Shown here: positions 46,881 through 54,196 of the stretch, in pieces | Layout of the letters: every line of letters starts with the position of its first letter | How positions within the stretch are numbered: the stretch's first letter is position 1 | Source: a virus | Lineage: Duplodnaviria; Caudoviricetes | IMG/VR virus record: IMGVR_UViG_3300034407_002255 | Coordinates: 1 to 54,196 of that record | Strand: one strand, 5' to 3' | Length of the DNA: 54,196 bases | Translations under genes and position numbers: made by a program | Notes under the pieces: model-generated | Database searches by the model: none | The model's input: the letters and a program-made list of their open reading frames with translations, nothing else | What the model was told of the DNA's origin: nothing

Positions 46881-46888
46881 TATAAATA
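46881..46888 (+). promoter_or_regulatory. T4-type late promoter TATAAATA
   Basis: Exact consensus upstream of gp23. Confidence 0.88.
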
Positions 46889-46918
46889 ACTGTAGAGAAA
46901 TAAAAAGGAGAAACAACA

Positions 46919-48268
46919 ATGTTTCAAACAGAACATCTACAAGAAAAGTGGCAGCCAGTCCTAGAACACCCCGATCTTCCTAAGATTGAGGATTCCTATC
47001 GCCGTGCAGTCACAACTGTTATCCTTGAGAACCAAGAGAAGGCTCTCAGAGAAGATCGTGCGTTCCTTTCGGAAGCCGCTCCCACTAACAGCACTGGTGG
47101 TTCGATTGACAATTGGGACCCGATCCTGATTTCGCTCGTTCGCCGTGCAATGCCAAACCTGATTGCGTATGATATCTGTGGCGTCCAGCCGATGACTGGT
47201 CCTACAGGTCTTATCTTCGCAATGCGTGCTTCGTTCCTGTCTTCGGACGGTGCAGAAGCGTTGGTTGACGAAGCTTTGCCTGGTAAACAGGGTGCTTCTA
47301 ACCAGAACGCCGCCGGTACAACTGGTGGTGGCGATGTTGGTGCTACAGAGACAAACCCTGCCGTTCTGAACGACAGTCCTTCTGCTGGTACTTACACAAG
47401 TGCAACTGGTATGACAACTGCTCAAGGTGAAGCGCTGGGTGATACATCCACAAACGCTTTCGCTGAGATGGCGTTCTCCATCGACAAGTCAACCGTTACG
47501 GCGGTGACTCGTGCTCTGAAAGCTGAGTACACGATGGAACTTGCTCAAGACCTCAAAGCGATCCACGGTCTGGACGCTGAGACGGAACTTGCGAATATCC
47601 TGTCTTCGGAAATTCTTGCTGAAATCAACCGTGAAGTAGTTCGCCGTGTTTATGTTGCTGCTGTTAAAGGCGCACAGGTTAACACAACGACTGCCGGTAT
47701 CTTCGACTTGGACACAGACTCCAATGGTCGTTGGTCGGTTGAGAAGTTCAAGGGTCTGATGTTCGGTATTGAGCGTGATGCCAATGCGATTGGTCAACAG
47801 ACTCGCCGTGGTAAAGGTAACATGCTGATGTGTTCTGCTGACGTTGCGTCTGCTCTGCAAATGGCTGGTATCCTTGACTACACCCCGGCTCTCAACAACA
47901 ACTTGAATGTTGATGACACAACGACAACTTTCGCTGGTGTTCTTAACGGACGCTACAAAGTGTACGTTGACCCGTATGCCGCTAACGTTGCTGCTTCGCA
48001 GTACTACGTTGTTGGTTACAAGGGAACATCCCCGTATGACGCTGGTATGTTCTACTGCCCATACGTTCCTCTTCAGATGGTTCGTGCGGTTGGTGAGAAT
48101 ACCTTCCAGCCGAAGATTGGCTTCAAGACACGTTACGGAATGGCTGCGAACCCATTCGCTCAGACTGCTGGTGCGGTTGCGGCGGGTGACTCGCAGAACA
48201 CCGATGCGTCGATTGACGATGGCGTAAACGTTTACTACCGTCGAGTAAAAGTCACCAACCTTATGTAA
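46919..48268 (+). CDS. gp23: Major capsid protein gp23
   Basis: LQEKWQPVL, LISLVRRAMPNLIAYDICGVQPMTGPTGLIFAMR, ELAQDLKAIHGLDAE.EL, FQPKIGFKTRYG. Confidence 0.98.
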   Translation: MFQTEHLQEKWQPVLEHPDLPKIEDSYRRAVTTVILENQEKALREDRAFLSEAAPTNSTGGSIDNWDPILISLVRRAMPNLIAYDICGVQPMTGPTGLIFAMRASFLSSDGAEALVDEALPGKQGASNQNAAGTTGGGDVGATETNPAVLNDSPSAGTYTSATGMTTAQGEALGDTSTNAFAEMAFSIDKSTVTAVTRALKAEYTMELAQDLKAIHGLDAETELANILSSEILAEINREVVRRVYVAAVKGAQVNTTTAGIFDLDTDSNGRWSVEKFKGLMFGIERDANAIGQQTRRGKGNMLMCSADVASALQMAGILDYTPALNNNLNVDDTTTTFAGVLNGRYKVYVDPYAANVAASQYYVVGYKGTSPYDAGMFYCPYVPLQMVRAVGENTFQPKIGFKTRYGMAANPFAQTAGAVAAGDSQNTDASIDDGVNVYYRRVKVTNLM

Positions 48269-48292
48269 GAACAATAAGGTGACTTATAAACT

Positions 48293-48321
48293 GGGGGGGT
48301 CAATCGACCCCCCCTTTTTTT
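48293..48321 (+). terminator. Rho-independent terminator after gp23
   Basis: GGGGGGGTC-AATC-GACCCCCCC perfect 9 bp stem followed by a T run. Confidence 0.92.
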
Positions 48322-48323
48322 AT

Positions 48324-48331
48324 TATAAATA
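48324..48331 (+). promoter_or_regulatory. T4-type late promoter TATAAATA
   Basis: Directly after terminator, upstream of gp3. Confidence 0.85.
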
Positions 48332-48349
48332 TAGGTAAAGGAAAATGAT

Positions 48350-48931
48350 ATGGCAACGGTAGGACCACTTTCAAGACAACCAGATAAGTTAGACTATGCA
48401 AGTCCAACCCAATTTAGGTTTATAATAAATCAACTTCCAAAAGTTGAATTTTTTACTGTTGCAGCAAATGTGCCAGGAATAACTTTGGGTGAAACTCTTT
48501 TCCCCACACCTTTTAGACAAATTCCTATTGCTGGTGACGAATTGACATACGAAAGTTTCACCATATCGTTTCTTGTTGATGAATATCTTGAGAACTATAT
48601 CACTCTACATGATTGGTTGGTTGGACACGGGTTTCCTAGAGAGAGACGAGAATTTACAAATTTTAGAGACAATACAGCTGTAGAAGATACTAAAACGAGT
48701 TCTGCAAGTAGTAGAACCAGTGGACTTGCTGTGAGTGATAGAGTTATGTCCTCTGACAGCACTTTAACTATCTTGAGTAACAAAAACAATCCAATTGTTG
48801 AATTTAGATTTAGAGATATGTATCCTACATCTTTAGGATCGTTGGTATATGATCAAGGTGCCACAGACGTTGACTATATAAGAGTAGATGCCTCATTCTC
48901 GTATCAGTCATTTTCAATACACACTTTATAA
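48350..48931 (+). CDS. gp3: Tail completion / tube terminator gp3
   Basis: SPTQFRF.I..LP.VEFF...N.PGI.LG, GD.L.Y..F.I.FLVDE.LENY...DW, F.D..P.SL; position after gp23. Confidence 0.88.
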   Translation: MATVGPLSRQPDKLDYASPTQFRFIINQLPKVEFFTVAANVPGITLGETLFPTPFRQIPIAGDELTYESFTISFLVDEYLENYITLHDWLVGHGFPRERREFTNFRDNTAVEDTKTSSASSRTSGLAVSDRVMSSDSTLTILSNKNNPIVEFRFRDMYPTSLGSLVYDQGATDVDYIRVDASFSYQSFSIHTL

Positions 48932-48941
48932 TGGAGATTAA

Positions 48942-49376
48942 ATGGATAAGTTAAGTGAGTTACAGGCGGAAGCCAAAGAAGACCTTATTATAGTAGATGA
49001 TGAAGACTTACACCAACAATCTTATAAAAATCAAATCATCAAACCAAAGTGGTTAGACTATAAGTCTAAGTACCGGATGCTCATGTTTCAAACGAAAGCA
49101 CAACACAAGAGGTTGTATCGTGAGAAGTGGGAGTATTACGGTGGCAAGGCTGATGCAAAGGTCTACGCTGCAAAACCATTCGACCTCAAAGTTTTAAAAA
49201 CTGATCTTGGTGTTTATATAAACTCTGATGAAGATATTATGGAAATAGAGATGAAGATTGAATATTATGAAACGTTAGTCCAATTTATTGATGGAGTGAT
49301 TAAGTCAATTGATAATCGCAGTTGGGATATTAAACACGCACAAGATTGGAAAAAATTCTTGGCTGGGGGTTTCTGA
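48942..49376 (+). CDS. uvsY: UvsY recombination mediator
   Basis: KWEYYGGKA...Y..KPFDLKVLK.D...YI.SDED, I.NR.W.IK.A.DW.KF. Confidence 0.92.
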   Translation: MDKLSELQAEAKEDLIIVDDEDLHQQSYKNQIIKPKWLDYKSKYRMLMFQTKAQHKRLYREKWEYYGGKADAKVYAAKPFDLKVLKTDLGVYINSDEDIMEIEMKIEYYETLVQFIDGVIKSIDNRSWDIKHAQDWKKFLAGGF

Positions 49377-49948
49377 TGTTAACTACAATTGCTCAAGAAG
49401 TTATGCAAGATGTGTCACATTGGGTTGGTCATTATGAAAATATATTAGATGAGGCTGGATGCAAATCCATAATGAACTATCCTTGGTCTTGGCAACCATC
49501 TACATATTCAAACGATGCAGGTGTTGTAGAAAAAAGTGACGAAAGAGTTAGAATGGATGAGTGTTGGTGTGTTGAAAAAAACCGGCCGTATCCGTTGATG
49601 AAGAAATCTGTCATAGAGGTAATGAACATATATGCACAAGAACATGAAAGATTTAGCTGCATACATCATACCGATTTTCGTCTTAATAAGTATGGGGTCA
49701 GCGGTTTTATGTCCTCACATGTTGACAACATACACCACTCTCATGGTCAATCATATGGTTATCCACAGTGCTCGGTTCTCTTGTTTCTAAATGATGATTA
49801 TGAGGGAGGTGAGTTTATTGTCGCAGATAAAAAGTATGAAACTAAAAAAGGTTCAGCAATAATTTTTCCTTCTAACTTCATGTTTCCTCATGAAGTAAAA
49901 GAAGTTACTAAAGGTGAAAGGTGGAGTATAGTATCATGGCTGATGTAA
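49376..49948 (+). CDS. 2OG-Fe(II) oxygenase, prolyl-4-hydroxylase-like
   Basis: HVD...LNDDYEGGEF...FPSNFMFPHEV..V..GERWSIVSW; ATG overlaps uvsY stop (TGATG). Confidence 0.9.
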   Translation: MLTTIAQEVMQDVSHWVGHYENILDEAGCKSIMNYPWSWQPSTYSNDAGVVEKSDERVRMDECWCVEKNRPYPLMKKSVIEVMNIYAQEHERFSCIHHTDFRLNKYGVSGFMSSHVDNIHHSHGQSYGYPQCSVLLFLNDDYEGGEFIVADKKYETKKGSAIIFPSNFMFPHEVKEVTKGERWSIVSWLM

Positions 49949-50580
49949 TTGATGTGGTTGATGAAAATGAAAAAAATGTAGAGATATCATACGAGGAGTA
50001 TGCAGCGTTTCCCACTATGGTTTATAAATTTAAATCTAAGTTGCCTGTGGTGGATCACATACAAATGGCACAATGGATTAAAAGACAAAAAGAAGCAGAG
50101 GGTCAGGTAGTTCAGACAGAGGGCGATTTATACAAGTTGTCTTATTTTAGACCTTTAGTTGAGACGACAAAACAAGTGAGTGCTGAAATTTTACAAAAGT
50201 TAGGTTACAAGTATGACAAGCTTGAGATGACAGGTATGTGGGGAAACTATCTATCAAATGGTCAGACACACCCGCCGCACACACATTCAAATAATGTGTT
50301 ATCTGGTGTTTATTATGTGGAGTCACAAAAGGGCGCATCTCCTATACAATTTTTTGATCCTAGGCCCATAGCCCATCATCTGAAACCAGTTAACCGTCCA
50401 AACTGGGAGAATGCGGGAATGGTACAATTTGATGCTGAACAAGGGACAGGTATAATTTTTCCATCTTGGTTGCAGCATTGGGTGCCACCTACGCAAACAG
50501 ATAGAGTGAGTGTTTCTTGGAATATAATTCCTAGAGGGCACTATGGTTCGATCTCTGAATACCAGTATGCTCATATCTAA
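49936..50580 (+). CDS. Putative 2OG-Fe(II) oxygenase (TIGR02466-like)
   Basis: MWGN...HPPHTHSNNVLSGVYYV..FFDPRP...IFPSWLQHWV...RVSVSWN. Confidence 0.88.
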   Translation: MADVIDVVDENEKNVEISYEEYAAFPTMVYKFKSKLPVVDHIQMAQWIKRQKEAEGQVVQTEGDLYKLSYFRPLVETTKQVSAEILQKLGYKYDKLEMTGMWGNYLSNGQTHPPHTHSNNVLSGVYYVESQKGASPIQFFDPRPIAHHLKPVNRPNWENAGMVQFDAEQGTGIIFPSWLQHWVPPTQTDRVSVSWNIIPRGHYGSISEYQYAHI

Positions 50581-52033
50581 GAAAAATGAAGTTTACATCG
50601 TACTTAAAGATGTTGAACTTTCAACTGCTGCAGAGTTGAATGATTTTTTTACCTTTGAAGTTCCTGGCTTCAAATACATGCCTGCTTATAGAAATAAAAT
50701 GTGGGACGGTAAAATACGTCTGTATAATATTGTCACAGGTGAAATCTATATGGGACTTCTCCCATATATAGAAGAGTATCTTAAAAATAATGGTGAATAC
50801 TATGAATTGGCAGACGGAATCAGAAGTGAAAGAGACATTGCCCCAAGTGTGGTGCAAGGGTTTGTGCGAGGACTTAGACCCACTCTCAATGGACGAAGAA
50901 TTAAAGTACGAGATTATCAAATTGATGCCATTGCCCACGCTATTGCCGCAGATCGTTCTCTTCTTATTTCTCCTACTGCTTCCGGTAAGTCGTTAATAAT
51001 ATATTGTCTTGTTCGATACTATCAAATGATGGAACTGAAAACTTTGATACTAGTTCCAACAACTTCTCTTGTCGAGCAAATGTATAAAGATTTTGAAGAC
51101 TATGGTTGGAGCTCTGGAACATACTGTCAAAAAATATATCAAGGTTACGATAGAAAAGTTGAAAAGGATGTAGTCATATCAACTTGGCAATCTATACACA
51201 GAATGCCTAGACAATACTTTAGACAGTTTGGTGCAGTGTTTGGTGATGAAGCACATTTATTTAAGGCAAAATCTCTGACAGGGATTATGACAAAGTTAGA
51301 TACTTGCAAATATCGTTTTGGTTTGACAGGTACATTGGATGGAACACAAACACACAGATTAGTTTTGGAAGGATTATTCGGTAAAGCAAAATATGTAATT
51401 ACAACTAAAGAGTTGATAGATAATAAAACTCTATCTGAATTAAAAATAAATTGTATAGTTCTAAAATATCCAGATGAGGATATACAAATAGCAAAGGATT
51501 TTGATTACCATGAAGAACTGGAATACATCGTCACTAAGACTGAAAGGAATAATTTTTTATGCAAGCTTGTGGGTCATTGCAATGGGAACACTCTCGCTCT
51601 TTTCCAGTTCGTAGAAAAACATGGTGAACCATTATATAAGTTAATAAAAGATAAATATAAAGATAGAAAAGTTTTTTTTGTTTATGGAGGAGTGAACACA
51701 GATACCAGAGAACATATAAGGGAGATTGTAGAAAATGAAGAAAATTCAATCATCGTTGCAAGTTACGGTACGTTTAGCACTGGGATTAATATTCGGAATA
51801 TTGATAACATCGTGTTCGCAAGTCCCTCAAAAAGCAAAATCAGAGTGCTTCAGTCTCTTGGGCGTGGCTTGCGCCGTGGGGATAAGAGCGAAAGCCTCCG
51901 AGTCTTTGACATCTCCGATGACCTTACCAGTGAATCCTCTCGGCTCAATTTTACGTTAAGACACTTTCAACAAAGACTAAATATTTACAAGGAACAGAAT
52001 TTTAATTTCAAAATAGATAAGGTAAAACTATGA
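50567..52033 (+). CDS. uvsW: UvsW SF2 helicase
   Basis: WDGKIRL, RDYQ, SPTASGKS, GDEAH, GLTGT, STGINI, LQSLGRGLR. Confidence 0.96.
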   Translation: MLISKKNEVYIVLKDVELSTAAELNDFFTFEVPGFKYMPAYRNKMWDGKIRLYNIVTGEIYMGLLPYIEEYLKNNGEYYELADGIRSERDIAPSVVQGFVRGLRPTLNGRRIKVRDYQIDAIAHAIAADRSLLISPTASGKSLIIYCLVRYYQMMELKTLILVPTTSLVEQMYKDFEDYGWSSGTYCQKIYQGYDRKVEKDVVISTWQSIHRMPRQYFRQFGAVFGDEAHLFKAKSLTGIMTKLDTCKYRFGLTGTLDGTQTHRLVLEGLFGKAKYVITTKELIDNKTLSELKINCIVLKYPDEDIQIAKDFDYHEELEYIVTKTERNNFLCKLVGHCNGNTLALFQFVEKHGEPLYKLIKDKYKDRKVFFVYGGVNTDTREHIREIVENEENSIIVASYGTFSTGINIRNIDNIVFASPSKSKIRVLQSLGRGLRRGDKSESLRVFDISDDLTSESSRLNFTLRHFQQRLNIYKEQNFNFKIDKVKL

Positions 52034-52449
52034 CGGAATCTTTAAGAGTTTTTAAACTATCTAACGGTGAAAGTATAGTCGGGTCAACGTTGGGTGAAAA
52101 CGAAATATTTGATTTCAACAAACCTATACAAATATCTTACCCGTTAAAAATGCTTGTTGTTCCAAGAATGACAAAAGATGGTCCATCAGAAGCATTGAGT
52201 TTATCTCCGTGGATACATCCTATGACAGAAGTCGAGTATATTGATATTAATCCCGAAACCGTAGTAATGAGTGCTCCCGCATCACATGGCCTCACACAGT
52301 ATTATAGACACTGTATTGATCAATTTGATATGCATACCTCCCCATATAAGGAAGTAAGAAATCCAACTGATGAAGACCTTAGAGAAATAGAGGTTGAAGA
52401 AGCACTAGATGAATTGACTGATCCTGATAAATCTGAAACAATTCATTAA
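52030..52449 (+). CDS. Conserved hypothetical protein between uvsW and gp55
   Basis: KLSNGESIVG...P...LSPW; position typical of marine T4-like phages. Confidence 0.75.
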   Translation: MTESLRVFKLSNGESIVGSTLGENEIFDFNKPIQISYPLKMLVVPRMTKDGPSEALSLSPWIHPMTEVEYIDINPETVVMSAPASHGLTQYYRHCIDQFDMHTSPYKEVRNPTDEDLREIEVEEALDELTDPDKSETIH

Positions 52450-52506
52450 CCCAGCACATTCTTAATGTAACAGGTTTTTGCTAGTTTGTCAAGACCCCAA
52501 GGGACA

Positions 52507-52535
52507 TTGACATTTTAAGTAATATGTCATATAAT
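52507..52535 (+). promoter_or_regulatory. Perfect sigma70 promoter upstream of gp55
   Basis: TTGACA (52507-52512), 17 nt spacer, TATAAT (52530-52535). Confidence 0.9.
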
Positions 52536-52556
52536 GAATAAAATTTAGGAGTTACT

Positions 52557-53093
52557 ATGGCTAGAAAAAAGAGTGTTCATTACGTTGATAATAAAAAATT
52601 CTTGGAGGCGATGACTCAGTGGCGTGAGAAATGTCAAGATGCAGAAGAAGCTGGAGACGAATCACCGCCCTTAACAAATTACATTGGTGATTGTTTTCTA
52701 AAGATTGCAACCCACTTATCTTATAAACCAAACTTTATTAACTACTCATATAGAGATGAAATGATTTCAGACGGCATTCAAAATTGTTTGCAATACGCAC
52801 ATAACTTTAATCCAGAAAAATCTCAAAATCCTTTCGCATATTTCACACAGATAATTTATTATGCTTTTCTAAGAAGAATTCAGGCTGAGAAAAAACAAGT
52901 GCATATTAAAAATAAAACGATAGAGAAACAACATTACGAACCATATGTAACGTTGCCCGGCGATGACATGGTTTATAGTGTGGATCAAACTCTTATTAAT
53001 AATATGCTCCCAAGTGAGGATGTATATAAACCAAAGAAAAAAGAAACCACTAGTAGCAAGGGACTAGAAGTTTTTATGGAGAAAAATTCTTGA
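52557..53093 (+). CDS. gp55: Late transcription sigma factor gp55
   Basis: HYVDNK.FL, YIGDCFLKIATHLSYKPNFINY.YRDEMISDGI.NC, NPFAYFTQI.YYAFLRRI..EKKQ. Confidence 0.97.
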   Translation: MARKKSVHYVDNKKFLEAMTQWREKCQDAEEAGDESPPLTNYIGDCFLKIATHLSYKPNFINYSYRDEMISDGIQNCLQYAHNFNPEKSQNPFAYFTQIIYYAFLRRIQAEKKQVHIKNKTIEKQHYEPYVTLPGDDMVYSVDQTLINNMLPSEDVYKPKKKETTSSKGLEVFMEKNS

Positions 53094-54151
53094 AAATAGC
53101 TCTAATTACAGATACGCATTTTGGGGCAAGAAACGACAATCTAAACTTTAACGAATATTTTTACAAATTCTATGAGGAGTTGTTCTTTCCATATTTAAGA
53201 GAGAACAATATTACAACCGTCATTCATCTTGGGGATGTGATGGATCGACGGAAATATATTTCCTACAGGATTGCAAAAGATTTTCGTGAGCGGTTTCTTG
53301 ATCAGTTTGATGACATTCAATTCCACATGTTGGTTGGTAATCATGATACCTACTACAAAAATACCAATGATGTAAATTCTTTGGCTGAATTGGTAGACGG
53401 TAAGTATGATAATATAAAAGTATATCCAAAAGCCACAGAGGTAACCTTTGACGGTTGCAAGATTCTGTTTGTCCCTTGGATTAACTCCGATAATATGTCA
53501 CACACAACAAAGATGTTGAAAACATCTGATGCTCAAATTTGCATGGGACATTTAGAGTTGAATGGCTTTGCGATGCAAAAAGGTATGATCATGGATCATG
53601 GTTGGGACAAGGAAGAGTTTAACAGGTTTGATATGGTCATGAGTGGCCATTATCATCACAAGTCAGATGATGGTCAGGTATTTTATCTTGGCACACCGTA
53701 TGAAATTTATTGGAATGATTGGAATGATCCTAAAGGGTTCCATGTGTTTGATACGGAGAAAAGAGAGTTAGAGAGAATTGTTAATCCTTTCAACTTGTTT
53801 TCTAAGATTTATTATGATGATACGAGAGGATTGCATTTTGATGATCAGTATGATTTTAAACAACACAAAGATAAGTATGTCAAACTAGTCGTAGTAAACA
53901 AAAAAGATTTGTATCAGTTTGATATGTTTGTTGATAAACTGTTGCAGGCCGATTGTCATGAGGTAAAAATTGTTGAAGACTTCTCTGACTTAGATGCGAG
54001 TAATGTATCTGATGATATTGTAGAAAACACACAGGACACTATGACATTGCTTGAGTTATATATTGATGATTTACCAGTGGACCTAAGTAAAGATAGACTC
54101 AAGAATACGACAAGACAATTATATATTGAAGCACAGGATTTAGAGATTTGA
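53090..54151 (+). CDS. gp47: Recombination nuclease gp47 (Mre11/SbcD-like)
   Basis: ITDTHFG, HLGD..DRRK, VGNHD, GHLEL, SGHYH. Confidence 0.96.
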   Translation: MKIALITDTHFGARNDNLNFNEYFYKFYEELFFPYLRENNITTVIHLGDVMDRRKYISYRIAKDFRERFLDQFDDIQFHMLVGNHDTYYKNTNDVNSLAELVDGKYDNIKVYPKATEVTFDGCKILFVPWINSDNMSHTTKMLKTSDAQICMGHLELNGFAMQKGMIMDHGWDKEEFNRFDMVMSGHYHHKSDDGQVFYLGTPYEIYWNDWNDPKGFHVFDTEKRELERIVNPFNLFSKIYYDDTRGLHFDDQYDFKQHKDKYVKLVVVNKKDLYQFDMFVDKLLQADCHEVKIVEDFSDLDASNVSDDIVENTQDTMTLLELYIDDLPVDLSKDRLKNTTRQLYIEAQDLEI

Positions 54152-54196
54152 TTCATTTTAATTATGTTAGGTGGAAGAACTTTTTATCAACTGGTA
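54148..54196 (+). CDS. gp46: Recombination ATPase gp46 (Rad50/SbcC-like), 5' end only
   Basis: TTG start overlapping gp47 stop; MIHFNYVRWKNFLSTG. Confidence 0.88.
   Translation, partial: MIHFNYVRWKNFLSTG

Noticed and set aside
46961-48274. Long antisense ORFs over gp23 and higher GC of this gene
   Set aside because: Explained by strong codon bias of a highly expressed capsid gene; not evidence of a second gene or transfer
1-54196. CRISPR array, tRNA, DGR, intron or intein
   Set aside because: Intergenic gaps are at most ~110 nt; no spaced direct repeats, cloverleaf or reverse transcriptase seen; gp17, gp20, gp23 and UvsW have normal uninterrupted lengths
1-54196. Stop-codon reassignment or selenocysteine readthrough
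   Set aside because: Core genes are full length in the standard code, and TAA, TGA and TAG all end genes at expected positions

Overview
This 54 kb window is part of a large T4-like myovirus genome with the gene content of marine T4-like phages. A Usg-family gene hints at an alphaproteobacterial host. Almost all genes are on the + strand. Gene order is: end of uvsX; a small accessory block (SAM methyltransferase, two 2OG-Fe(II) oxygenases, hypotheticals); baseplate and fibre genes (gp5 without lysozyme, usg, gp25, gp6, a very long gp7, a gp9/10-like protein, gp8, a VrlC-like protein, fibre proteins); an ~8 kb, 9-gene tailoring cluster behind a late promoter (2 methyltransferase-like, 2 GT-A glycosyltransferase-like, 2 Asp/Asn beta-hydroxylase-like, radical SAM, GNAT, one unknown) plus a leading hypothetical; neck, terminase, tail and head genes gp13-gp23, with a radical SAM + PP-loop pair between gp16 and gp17; then gp3, uvsY, two more oxygenases, uvsW, gp55, gp47 and the start of gp46. 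T4 late promoters (TATAAATA and variants), a perfect sigma70 promoter before gp55 and a terminator after gp23 are visible. The most unusual signal is a short acidic motif, roughly hxL[DN]GTDxxxS[DN]AGDxhh[LF][ED], found in several unrelated virion proteins (gp7, VrlC-like, fibre, gp18, degenerate in gp14). It sits in the same region as late-expressed hydroxylases and glycosyltransferases, suggesting a candidate virion-surface docking or modification system. All product calls come from motif recognition and synteny by eye; no database searches were run. No tRNA, rRNA or CRISPR array was seen.
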